64,000 bases of DNA from NCBI GenBank assembly GCA_018674305.1, contig JABHAL010000015.1, forward strand, positions 128,532 through 192,531. Reading direction: 5' to 3'. Shown here in pieces: positions 49,030-58,361 of the stretch (positions are counted from its first letter, which is position 1; every line of letters begins with the position of its first letter). The DNA comes from Candidatus Falkowbacteria bacterium. Lineage in GTDB: Bacteria > Patescibacteriota > Patescibacteriia > UBA11705 > JABHMO01. The notes beneath the pieces were generated by a model that was given only the letters and a program-made list of their open reading frames with translations, was not told the origin of the DNA and did no database searches. The position numbers and the translations under genes are program-made.

Positions 49030-49326
49030 TTATATATATTTTATTACATCAGTTTTTTTATATCTATTCATACCAAAGTTATTGGAACTAGGAATCTTTG
49101 ATATTTCTTTATCAGTAAGATTAAACATCTTTTTGATTTGATACTTTGACATGGTTTGATTTTTATATTCTCTTCTATCTTCTTTTATATCTTCTAACCC
49201 TTTCCCAGAATCACAAACCCAGGCAGAAGCAAATGTTTTTTGACAAGAAGGACAATGGCTTACGCAAGCATAAAAGGCGTTAATTTCTTCATGGCAATGA
49301 GGACATTTTATAAAGTTTACAACCAT
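49030..49326 (-). CDS. Zinc-ribbon hypothetical protein (98 aa)
   Basis: CPHC...CVSHCPSC...C. Confidence 0.4.
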   Translation of the reverse strand: MVVNFIKCPHCHEEINAFYACVSHCPSCQKTFASAWVCDSGKGLEDIKEDRREYKNQTMSKYQIKKMFNLTDKEISKIPSSNNFGMNRYKKTDVIKYI

Positions 49327-49353
49327 ACTTTAGTTCACTTCTACTTATTAGAA

Positions 49354-50838
49354 TTACAATTTCTTCAAAAATCTATAAATTTCCACCATTGCGAATGTAT
49401 CCAACTTACAATATTTGAGCAAGTCACTGGCGATCTGTTTTTTTTCTTCAGGTGAGCTATCGCCAAACACCATTCTTTCCCAGCGTTCGACTGCTTGGTC
49501 TCCTTTTTGGATTCCTAAGGTCCTGTAGGTAAGTTCAGGGACAATAACTGGAAGAACGTTTTTTATACTCGAACTTCCTTTGAACCGAGCATCAACATAA
49601 TAATTATTAGAAAAGATTGTCATGAGGTCAAACATTCGGTCGTTCAGGCCAACAAGAAATTCAGCATAGTCAGGATGGATTTCTGCAAGTTTATCGTTTC
49701 GTTGTGATTCATATGATTTGTACCAAGCGATGACACTACCCGTATCATCAAAATCTTCTCTCATTCTTTTGATAAGTGGCAAAGTAAGATCACTTTCTGG
49801 GTCGGTGATAAGATATTCCTTGTGGTCCAGTGTTCCATCTTCATGCAATATATGTAGTGAGTATTGAAATGGTACTTGTTCATATGCGCCAAAATCATTA
49901 AACCTTGGGATTGCGCTTGAGTAGCCTTCATAATCGAAGAAATGGATTGGGAAGGTCAAACTAGCAAGCTCATTTCTTACGGCAGTGGTGTCAACAATTG
50001 GATTTCCAAGCATATACGCGTCGTATTGGAACTTTTTCGTACCTTTAAGTTTTTCTGGGTTATCTATTTCTTCCAGCTTATATATTCCTCGATCTATCCA
50101 GTCATAAAACAGTTTTTTACTACCACCGATTCTATTGATATCATGGACAGAATATTCTGGGACTTTTGGGTTGGAATAAGCAAATGTAGTACATTGTGAA
50201 TTTCTGCCACGGTACAAACATTCACAGCCTTTTTCTTCTTTCATATTCAAATAGATCTTGATATCGTTCATTTGTTCCTGAACACCCGCCTCGGCCTCTA
50301 GAACCTCGTCTGTTAGCTCGGCAATGATAAACAGCTCGTCATAGTCAACTTTTCCCTGTTTCCGGTATTCACCGTTCAGATGAATTACGCCTGCTTTCAC
50401 AATATTCAGACCGTCATTCTCAATAACAATTTTCTGGAATGCGAGGTCGTTGATATGATGGTGCGGAATCTCCCTTTTCACGTCGTTGGTTGCTTTTACT
50501 TCATAGAGCTCCCAGCCTTTCAAAACATTATTATAACGAAGGATATCTGCCTGGACGAAAAAGTCATTATACTGGAATGCACCCTGGAACAGGACTGGTG
50601 GGTTTTTCTCGAGTATTTTTTTTGTAACTGGTACGGCATTGACACCAATAATATCAATCAGTTCTCCACCAGGAAAAAGATTTCTGGCTGCTTCGTCTGC
50701 TATATTCCCCTCTTCGATAATTTTCTTTTCAAATTCTGATAATTCGACATCGTCAAAAAGCTCTGGCTTGTGTTTGTTTAGCCAGAGATTCTTTTTGCAG
50801 TATGTGTATTCGAGGTAGTCGGTTTTTGTGATGTGCAT
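49354..50838 (-). CDS. DUF2779-like protein (predicted RecB/Cas4-like PD-(D/E)XK nuclease family)
   Basis: N-terminal MHITKTDYLEYTYCKKNLWL resembles the conserved SKS...qCpkrLWL start of DUF2779 proteins; family assignment from memory, moderate. Confidence 0.45.
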   Translation of the reverse strand: MHITKTDYLEYTYCKKNLWLNKHKPELFDDVELSEFEKKIIEEGNIADEAARNLFPGGELIDIIGVNAVPVTKKILEKNPPVLFQGAFQYNDFFVQADILRYNNVLKGWELYEVKATNDVKREIPHHHINDLAFQKIVIENDGLNIVKAGVIHLNGEYRKQGKVDYDELFIIAELTDEVLEAEAGVQEQMNDIKIYLNMKEEKGCECLYRGRNSQCTTFAYSNPKVPEYSVHDINRIGGSKKLFYDWIDRGIYKLEEIDNPEKLKGTKKFQYDAYMLGNPIVDTTAVRNELASLTFPIHFFDYEGYSSAIPRFNDFGAYEQVPFQYSLHILHEDGTLDHKEYLITDPESDLTLPLIKRMREDFDDTGSVIAWYKSYESQRNDKLAEIHPDYAEFLVGLNDRMFDLMTIFSNNYYVDARFKGSSSIKNVLPVIVPELTYRTLGIQKGDQAVERWERMVFGDSSPEEKKQIASDLLKYCKLDTFAMVEIYRFLKKL

Positions 50839-50934
50839 TTTTTTGTGCTTGAGTTTTTAGATATCGATAATAGTGCAAATATTTTTTGGGAGTGGTAAAG
50901 AGACTTGTCTTCCGAGGTTAGATGAATGTCCAAC

Positions 50935-52251
50935 TTATTTTTCTAAATTTTTTAAACCAATTTTTGGATTCTGATAATCTAGCCCATCTGGCGTCAATTT
51001 AATTGATTCCATAAAATATTTTTTTGAATTTTCTTTGTCGTTAAGTTCAGCAAAAATAACGCCCATATTGTTTAATATCGTACATACAGTTTTGTCTCGT
51101 TTTAAATATTTTTCTCCAGCTGAAAAATATTCTGGATTTATTGTTCTAGTAGTTTCCGTATCTTGAACAGTATTTTCAAGTTTTCTTGCGACTTTACAAG
51201 CTTCTTTAATAAAATGATCATAAACTTGATTATATATTCCCATAGCCTCAACTAATTTACCCTCTTTTTTGTATTTTTGTGCTTGATTAACTTTGTTTTG
51301 TAAATCATCATCAGAATTAACAAGAACACCCTCCTCAATAACAAAACCGACAGGAGCCTTTCTTGATAATCTTTTATTGTAAGGTGAAATATATAATTTT
51401 CCAAGATCTTTATTATGTTCAGTAAAAATATTATAAATGTCTATTAACCCATCCATTTTCATTACACTTGATTCAATCGATCCAGCTCTTTTAAATTTAA
51501 TTTTACTTCCATCAACGGTTTTTAGACTTTCTAAATACACGTCGCTTGCCAAAATTCCGTTCACAGGGATTGGATTGGTTTCACAGCGACCAAATTCGCC
51601 ATATGCGACAGGAATTTCATCTTCGTCATAGCCTAACCCTGTTAAGCCAAAACCAGTCTCTATAAATTTAATAGCTTTTTCATCTGTTGATCCAAGCATT
51701 AGAAAAGCAGTTACAAGCTTCAATTCATTATCGTCTAAAATATCACCAAAATTCAATTTCATTGACTCATACAATCGATTTTTGTTTATTGAAAGCATAC
51801 CCTTCCCCTTCAAGAGCATCTTTTGTGCTGTTTCAAAGTTTATTTTACCATTTAAAAGTTCAATAATTTCATTTGTTTGATCTTGAATTTGTTTTTTACC
51901 ACCAGGAAAGTGGGTCTTGGACATCTTTTCAAAAACTTCTGTGATCTCTGATTTATTTGTTTTCTTCTTTATGATGTCCTGTTTCCGAATAATTCTTCTC
52001 GCAGATACATATATTCTAAGAGGCCAAATAAAAAAAATTCTGATAATCCCATTGAGTCGGGCTGCGCCACGTTCATTCACGTAAAGTGGAGATTCTATAT
52101 TTGCCTTAAGGTCAAATTCTCGAGAATTAAAAAGCAAAGATAATATGCGATAGCGCATATCCCAGAACACAAGCAACAACCCTCCGGCTAAATAGGTTAG
52201 GATTATAATTATAATTTTAATCATATTTTCATTTTTTATTCCTACCTTCAA
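50935..52251 (-). CDS. Membrane-anchored hypothetical protein (438 aa) with C-terminal TPR-like helical repeats
   Basis: N-terminal TM; C-terminal AMGIYNQVYDHF...ILNNMGVIFAELNDKENSKKYFMESIKL. Confidence 0.4.
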   Translation of the reverse strand: MKVGIKNENMIKIIIIILTYLAGGLLLVFWDMRYRILSLLFNSREFDLKANIESPLYVNERGAARLNGIIRIFFIWPLRIYVSARRIIRKQDIIKKKTNKSEITEVFEKMSKTHFPGGKKQIQDQTNEIIELLNGKINFETAQKMLLKGKGMLSINKNRLYESMKLNFGDILDDNELKLVTAFLMLGSTDEKAIKFIETGFGLTGLGYDEDEIPVAYGEFGRCETNPIPVNGILASDVYLESLKTVDGSKIKFKRAGSIESSVMKMDGLIDIYNIFTEHNKDLGKLYISPYNKRLSRKAPVGFVIEEGVLVNSDDDLQNKVNQAQKYKKEGKLVEAMGIYNQVYDHFIKEACKVARKLENTVQDTETTRTINPEYFSAGEKYLKRDKTVCTILNNMGVIFAELNDKENSKKYFMESIKLTPDGLDYQNPKIGLKNLEK

Positions 52252-52341
52252 TCTACCACATTTAAGCTAAAATTACTATGACAATATCAAAAAAACAGGC
52301 TCATTTGAGCATAGGTCTGCCTTAATATATCCATTACAACA

Positions 52342-52854
52342 TTATAACTCAAAAATAATCTTTGCCTCAGCCATAAGTTTTTTGGTTAATGAAAGATTCC
52401 ATGCTCTCATTGTTTTGTGCCATTTCCGAAATTCCAAAAACTTCTCCCATGTTAATTCAATGATTAAAACAGGCTCAAGCGCTTTACTTATTGAAACAAT
52501 AATAACATATTCAAACTTTTTGTCTGGCAAAATAGTATCTTCTACATTTCCCACATTATAAAAAACACCTGTTAGTCGGCCTGGTTGGGTGATTGTTTTA
52601 ATACTATATCTTTCTCCCTTTCGACTTAACGCATCAACGTTTTGTGTTCCCTCGGGGGCAGCTTGTAAATTTGAATAACCTGGAATATTATTATATGCCT
52701 CGATAGCTAAAAATTCACCCCTTTCTCCAGTAATATTTTCTGTTCTTACTAGTCCTCTCTCTTTTAATTGAACCTTCGCAAACGCAAACAGCTCCCAGAC
52801 ATTATGATTATCGAGGGTTTCTAGTTTTTTTATTAAATTTTTGGATAATGGCAT
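52342..52854 (-). CDS. Hypothetical protein (170 aa)
   Basis: ORF only. Confidence 0.4.
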   Translation of the reverse strand: MPLSKNLIKKLETLDNHNVWELFAFAKVQLKERGLVRTENITGERGEFLAIEAYNNIPGYSNLQAAPEGTQNVDALSRKGERYSIKTITQPGRLTGVFYNVGNVEDTILPDKKFEYVIIVSISKALEPVLIIELTWEKFLEFRKWHKTMRAWNLSLTKKLMAEAKIIFEL

Positions 52855-52861
52855 ATTTTAT

Positions 52862-53158
52862 TTTTTCACAAATGCTTTACTACCTCTACGGCAATTGCCC
52901 GTATCAAATTAACTGGAACGCTGTTCCCAAATTGCTTATACGCTTGTGTGTCAGAAACAGGTATAACAAATGTTTCCGGATAACCTTGTAGCCTTGCAGC
53001 TTCTCTTGGTGTTAACTTTCTAGGATTTTTTCCTATTTGCGCAACCAGAATCTACCGGTCTTTTTTTTAATAAAACTTTTTGCTATGTGCGATACGGCTT
53101 CATTAGTATGGGACCAATCTGGTTCTTGAATTTTGTTTTTACTTTTTTGATTAAACAT
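52862..53158 (-). pseudogene. Remnant of a DNA (cytosine-5)-methyltransferase (C-terminal motifs IX/X only, frameshifted)
   Basis: Minus-strand translation gives ...[49 protein letters not shown] (classic C5-MTase C-terminus), preceded by out-of-frame MFNQKSKNK... segment; no motifs I-VIII present. Confidence 0.6.
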
Positions 53159-53238
53159 ACTTAATATTACTATAATAACTTCCAACATCCTTCATCAAAA
53201 CCATTTTTATGAAACATTTTTTTAATATAGCTTCTGTC

Positions 53239-54009
53239 CTAACTTTCTTTTATCCTATATTTACCTGAGTTTACTAACTTCACACTATTATAATCATCCT
53301 CATTTTCGAATTTAAATTGCCAAATAGAATAACTATTTTCTTTAATATCTCGCTCAAAAAACAAAATAATAACTTTCTTTTCTGTACAAACTTGCCATTG
53401 CCTAAATGGATAATAAAGTTGTCTTATGATCGTATTGCTAACGCCAGGCCTTTTTGCCTCAACCAAAACAATTTGGTTTTCTCCCTCATAACCAGCATCT
53501 ACTTCTGTCTGGACACTCGCTGTTTTAATCTCTTGACTCCCAACTTTAAAATGAAATTCCGGCGTGTATTTTCGACCACGAATTGTCAGAACAAGTGTCG
53601 GATCGTCCATAAAAGTTCTGATTAAACTTGAGGCATAGGCAAAATCTAGATGTTGCATCTCAGAGTCTCCTACATCTGAGGAATCCAAGTGAAATTGTAA
53701 TTTAGACGAGTATATTTCAATTTCTTTATTTATTTCTGGCATATCCAGATAACCCTCCCCTTTTATAATATTATATATTCCATTTTTAACGGGAAGAAGA
53801 AATAGATTGTTTTTTTGAAAAATTTTCGGACGGGACTCTCTTGTGTCCTGCTTACAAAGGATTCGAACCTCCTTTTCTGCAGTTTTTTTAAATCTTTGAC
53901 ATGAAACTTTAATTTGCGGTGCGGTTAATACAAATGGTTCTTTATCAAAGTCGTGCTCATTAATGTTATAATCACGAAATATTTTTGCCCATGATTTGCT
54001 GTTTGCCAT
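53239..54009 (-). CDS. Putative type II restriction endonuclease (PD-(D/E)XK)
   Basis: EVDAGYEGENQIVLVEAKR (D...E.K) motif; starts 2 nt after the MTase stop. Confidence 0.5.
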   Translation of the reverse strand: MANSKSWAKIFRDYNINEHDFDKEPFVLTAPQIKVSCQRFKKTAEKEVRILCKQDTRESRPKIFQKNNLFLLPVKNGIYNIIKGEGYLDMPEINKEIEIYSSKLQFHLDSSDVGDSEMQHLDFAYASSLIRTFMDDPTLVLTIRGRKYTPEFHFKVGSQEIKTASVQTEVDAGYEGENQIVLVEAKRPGVSNTIIRQLYYPFRQWQVCTEKKVIILFFERDIKENSYSIWQFKFENEDDYNSVKLVNSGKYRIKES

Positions 54010-54011
54010 AA

Positions 54012-54818
54012 TTATAATAGTTTACGATTTTTAGATTTCAATATTTCATTGAATCTTTGCTTTGACAAATCCAAATATTCTTTTTCCATATCAAGCCCAA
54101 CAAAGTGACGTCCATGCTCATACGCGGCAATCCCAGTTGTTGAACTGCCCGTAAAAGGGTCAAGAATTAAATCTCCTTTATTTGTACTTGCAATAACAAT
54201 TCTTTTTAGCAAATCCAAAGATTTTTGTGTAGGATGTTTGCCAAAGTTTTTCTCTGATTTTTTTGGAGTATTAATTGACCAAACAGATCTCATTTGCAGA
54301 CCAGGCTTCTTCATCTGATCTTCCGGCCAATCACCATTTTTCATTTCCTGATAATTAAAGGTGTGCTTCGCCTTTTTCTCTTTTCTCGCCCAAACCAATG
54401 TTTCGTGACTAGCAGTGAAAAATCTACAACTTAAATTTGGTGATGCGTTTGGCTTAAACCATGAAATATCATTTAAAACATGATAGCCGGCCAACTGCAA
54501 TGCAAAGCCACACTGATAGACAGAATGATAGGTTCCGCTAACCCAAATAGTACCATTTGGTTTCAATACCCTTCGACATGCGTTTATCCAATCTAAATGA
54601 AAATTAAAGTTTTCTTGGTGTCCTTTACTTAAATCCCAGTCCCCCTTTTTCACACTCACCATTTTACCATTCTGACAGGTAAAACTACCGCTGGAAAGAA
54701 AATATGGCGGATCGGCAAAAATCATATCAAAAATATCTGGTGGGAACTCCTTCAGAATTTCCATTGAGTTTCCATGATATAACTTGAATTTAGGTTTTTG
54801 AAAGTATGGTTTTTTCAT
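54012..54818 (-). CDS. DNA methyltransferase, beta-class N6-adenine/N4-cytosine (DPPY)
   Basis: Motif IV FADPPY precedes motif I ILDPFTGSSTTG (beta-class order). Confidence 0.8.
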   Translation of the reverse strand: MKKPYFQKPKFKLYHGNSMEILKEFPPDIFDMIFADPPYFLSSGSFTCQNGKMVSVKKGDWDLSKGHQENFNFHLDWINACRRVLKPNGTIWVSGTYHSVYQCGFALQLAGYHVLNDISWFKPNASPNLSCRFFTASHETLVWARKEKKAKHTFNYQEMKNGDWPEDQMKKPGLQMRSVWSINTPKKSEKNFGKHPTQKSLDLLKRIVIASTNKGDLILDPFTGSSTTGIAAYEHGRHFVGLDMEKEYLDLSKQRFNEILKSKNRKLL

Positions 54819-55013
54819 ATATATGACACTATTTTAACATGTCTGCTAAAATTTTTCAACAAAATCTCAACCGCACTCCCCTAATTTTACACAAAAGGAT
54901 AATCAATAAAAAAACGCCCTCTCAGGCAGTTGGGAAAAATAATTACATAAAGTGGAACCGATAGCATCTGAATGGAGCCGCCCGTCTCTCAGTAATGTCA
55001 AAATATTAATAGG

Positions 55014-55622
55014 TCAGACAATATATCCATCTTTTTTTAGCTTTTGTTGCATTAACTTTTTTTCTTCTACTGTAGGATGCAAAAAAGTCCCTCCTCCAAT
55101 AAATTTATACCAAAACCATTCATTATTAAACTTGTTTTTAATTTCTAAATAATCTTTGTATTGAATTTTTATAGCTATTAATACTGGGGCTTCCTTACTT
55201 AATTTATGAGACGAAAAAATATTGCCTGATGATGTGCTTTTTTTATCTTGATATAATTTATTTGGCGATTCAAACCTATTTAATTCTACTTTGTCATTAG
55301 GATACATATAAAGGGTTGTGATACTTACATCACTAGCAGGGTGTTTTCCTTGATTATGAAAAACAATATTATATGGGTATTTAAATTTTAGTCCATCCTC
55401 AAATCCCCCTTCTTCAATTCTTACTTCTGTCTTGTCAATACTAATAAGTGGCCTTTCAAAATGTCGTGTGAATCGAGTTGTTTTAAAATGGATGAAAACT
55501 GCTAAAACAAGACTTAAAAAACCAATAATCGAAGGTGCCAAATCTTTTATTATCTCAATATAAGTACTCTCGGTTAGAGTACAAAAAACCGACGGAGCCG
55601 ATTGTATAAAAGTTTCTGTCAT
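55014..55622 (-). CDS. Membrane-anchored hypothetical protein (202 aa)
   Basis: N-terminal TM. Confidence 0.4.
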   Translation of the reverse strand: MTETFIQSAPSVFCTLTESTYIEIIKDLAPSIIGFLSLVLAVFIHFKTTRFTRHFERPLISIDKTEVRIEEGGFEDGLKFKYPYNIVFHNQGKHPASDVSITTLYMYPNDKVELNRFESPNKLYQDKKSTSSGNIFSSHKLSKEAPVLIAIKIQYKDYLEIKNKFNNEWFWYKFIGGGTFLHPTVEEKKLMQQKLKKDGYIV

Positions 55623-55710
55623 AAATAAATATTATACTTTTATTCTAGCAAGCTCACCATCTAAAGTCAATCAAAAAAACGCCCAAGTTTGGACGTTTTG
55701 TGTTTGTGTG

Positions 55711-57636
55711 TTAGTTACATGCAGTCATGTCAAAACCAAATATCTGTGTGTTTTTCAATTTAATCAGCACACTACAAGTTCCAACATCTACAAACAATTG
55801 ATTATTTGCCAAATAAAGATATGTCAACCAAAGCAAACCAGCTATAGGAGTAACATCACTTACTTGATTATTCTCAATACTAAGCGTTTTTAAAGTTGTT
55901 AAACTTTCTAACCCCACTAGACTTGAAACTTGGTTGTTGTTAAGCCAAAGTTGAAGTAAAGAAGTTAATCCCGCCAAAGGAGTAAGATCAGTGACTTGAT
56001 TATTACTAAAACGTAAATATTTCAGAGTAACTAATCCAGCTAAAGGTGTAAGGTCAGAAACCTGGTTATTGTTAATGTTTATGCCTTCCAGTGAGGGTAA
56101 CCCTGACAATGGAGTTAAATCAGAAACTTGGTTATTCATAAGAGTTAGGCCCCTCAACAAAATTAATTCAGCCAAAGGAGTAAGGTCCGAGACGAGATTG
56201 TCTTCTAACCAAAGATTATCTAATGAAATTAACCCTACTAAAGGAGTTAAATCAGAAATTTGATTCTCATAAAGAATGAGTTGCCATAGAGAAGTTAGCC
56301 CTTCCAAACCATTAAGATTGGATATCTGGTTTTCCTGAAGTTGAAGAGAGGTTAACAATGAAAGCTCTGCTAAAGGAGTTAAATCAAATATTTGATTCTC
56401 CTGGAGTTGCAAAAGTTCCAATGACGTTAACTCCATTAAAGGAGCAATATCAGAGATAAAATTATCCTTGGCCCTAAGCCAGTTTAACGAAGTCAATCCG
56501 GATAAGGGAGTAAGGTCCGAGATAAAATTTTCCTGAATATCTAGATGCGTCAAAGTAACCAAGCTACTTAAAGGACCAATATCAACAATCCCAATTTCAT
56601 CCATTTCCAATTCTTTTAGGGATAAAAAGTGTTCAATTCCTCCCAAATCAGTAATGGGATTGTGCGACAACTTCAGCACTTCAATATTTTTCACATCATT
56701 TTGAGTTAAATACGGAAACTGATTTTCATCAAGCTTATTGATTTTTTTCCGCACAACATATTCGAAGTCTGGATCTGCAAATTCGATAATACTACTTATG
56801 CAATTACCTTCTTCCTCCATATACCAATCATCACAGATCACGTTACAACCTGGATATGGCCCAATGATTCCATTTTCAATTTCCTGCACTTCGCAAACTG
56901 GAAGTTCCACCACCTCAAATCCCACCTCAAAACTATCCACATCATCCCCATCACTCACCAAGAAAGTAACTTCATACTCTCCCGCCTGATCAAATCCAGG
57001 CGTCCATGAAAAAGTTGCACATGGCGCAGGTGGAAAAACAAGACAAGGTTCATCAGGATTTGGATCAAAGATAAATCCTTCCGGCGCATTTTCAACTGAG
57101 AACACTAAATCATCATCGTCATCATCATACGCCCAAAGATGACCCTCAATCAATTCACCTTCATTGACGATTTCCTCATTAAACGCAATCCACAACTCCG
57201 GCGGATTATTCACATACTCGCATACACCTTCAAGGCAGTAATGCTTCGCGCTGTATTCACTACAATTCTTGTACCACCGCTTGTAAGTCTGATTCGCCGA
57301 GCAACCGCCCTCGATAACATACGTTGTTCCAAACCAGTCAAGACACCAGTCAGCTTTACCAACTGGACTTGTATCAGTCGTGACAATGCCGAACTCTTTG
57401 AACGACATACCACCATCAGAATCCTCACACCAGCCCTGGACTGCATTTTGTGCCTGAGCACTGCAATCCCACGAGCAATTCATGTAGTTTGCCCAATCAG
57501 CGTCAAGCAAGAGCTGATAGCAACTGTCTTTCCAACATTTGTAAAAGAATTTTTGTTGGTAATAGTTTAGAGCCATTGCATTTGTTGCAAAAGATACGAC
57601 AACGAGGCCTAAAATTACTGTGATTACCTTTTTCAT
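55711..57636 (-). CDS. Secreted leucine-rich repeat protein (internalin-like 22-residue LRRs, ~14 repeats) with Cys-rich N-terminal domain
   Basis: Signal peptide; repeats L..L..L..L.L..NQ(V/I)SDLTPL. Confidence 0.75.
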   Translation of the reverse strand: MKKVITVILGLVVVSFATNAMALNYYQQKFFYKCWKDSCYQLLLDADWANYMNCSWDCSAQAQNAVQGWCEDSDGGMSFKEFGIVTTDTSPVGKADWCLDWFGTTYVIEGGCSANQTYKRWYKNCSEYSAKHYCLEGVCEYVNNPPELWIAFNEEIVNEGELIEGHLWAYDDDDDDLVFSVENAPEGFIFDPNPDEPCLVFPPAPCATFSWTPGFDQAGEYEVTFLVSDGDDVDSFEVGFEVVELPVCEVQEIENGIIGPYPGCNVICDDWYMEEEGNCISSIIEFADPDFEYVVRKKINKLDENQFPYLTQNDVKNIEVLKLSHNPITDLGGIEHFLSLKELEMDEIGIVDIGPLSSLVTLTHLDIQENFISDLTPLSGLTSLNWLRAKDNFISDIAPLMELTSLELLQLQENQIFDLTPLAELSLLTSLQLQENQISNLNGLEGLTSLWQLILYENQISDLTPLVGLISLDNLWLEDNLVSDLTPLAELILLRGLTLMNNQVSDLTPLSGLPSLEGININNNQVSDLTPLAGLVTLKYLRFSNNQVTDLTPLAGLTSLLQLWLNNNQVSSLVGLESLTTLKTLSIENNQVSDVTPIAGLLWLTYLYLANNQLFVDVGTCSVLIKLKNTQIFGFDMTACN

Positions 57637-57916
57637 GACATTCCTCCAGTCAAATTGTCAACGTTCATTTCTAACTCAATCGTAACTTAAATTAACTGGT
57701 TAGTCTAGCATTAATTGTCAATTTTGTCAATTGTGAAATATGAATTATGCGATATGTATTATGGAAATTAATTGTGGAAATAAAAAAACGTCCCAATCGA
57801 GACGCCAACATACCTACGATAAGTGAACCTGCCGAAGGCAGGTTTTGTGTTTATTTAGTTTAGCCTATAAAAATCTGCACCTTCCTTATATAATTTTACA
57901 CAAACGTAGCCAGCAC

Positions 57917-57945
57917 TTGACAACAATACAATTATGTTCTATAAT
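57917..57945 (+). promoter_or_regulatory. Consensus sigma70 promoter TTGACA-N17-TATAAT
   Basis: Perfect -35 and -10 hexamers with 17-nt spacer. Confidence 0.6.
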
Positions 57946-57951
57946 AAAGGC

Positions 57952-58250
57952 ACAGTAGCCCCCTATACCTTGTATAGGAACGTAGGGACAGTGATACAAA
58001 TACTGATTTCAGGACTGGTATTGTTTAGTAGAATGGTACAAACCTCGCCATCTATTGCGTCAATGTTAAAACTGAGAAGTAAAAACATGATGAGAATGGA
58101 GTTTAGGTCCACTTTGCAGGTTATTGCAACGTGCAAGTGACCAACAAGGATAGTATAAAACTCTTTTCTCATTAGTACGCTACTGTCTCTTGGGTTCAAA
58201 CCCGACACTTTATATATTCTTAGGAAATATATCGCGGTCGGGTTTTTTTT
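57952..58250 (+). ncRNA. Unclassified ncRNA candidate (~300 nt) between a consensus promoter and a strong intrinsic terminator
   Basis: Terminator AACCCGAC...GTCGGGTT + T8 (58199-58250); 5' hairpin CCTATAC-cttg-GTATAGG; only weak ORFs inside (68-aa ORF starts within the promoter spacer). Confidence 0.45.
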
Positions 58251-58361
58251 ATTTTTTCCAATAAATTCGGAGAAAAAATCAACAAAAAAACCCAGCACCG
58301 TTTGGTACTGGGTAAGCGCCTCTCACGCGAGGCGGTTTGTGTTTGTTTGTTAATGAAAACT

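Noticed and set aside
57952-58250. tmRNA/6S/SRP identity for second ncRNA candidate
   Set aside because: GGGTTCAAACCC is not flanked by a pairable T-stem or acceptor, and there is no tag-peptide frame or SRP domain IV motif
57963-58298. 111-aa ORF on minus strand
   Set aside because: Antisense to promoter/terminator-delimited plus-strand transcript; implausible composition; no RBS
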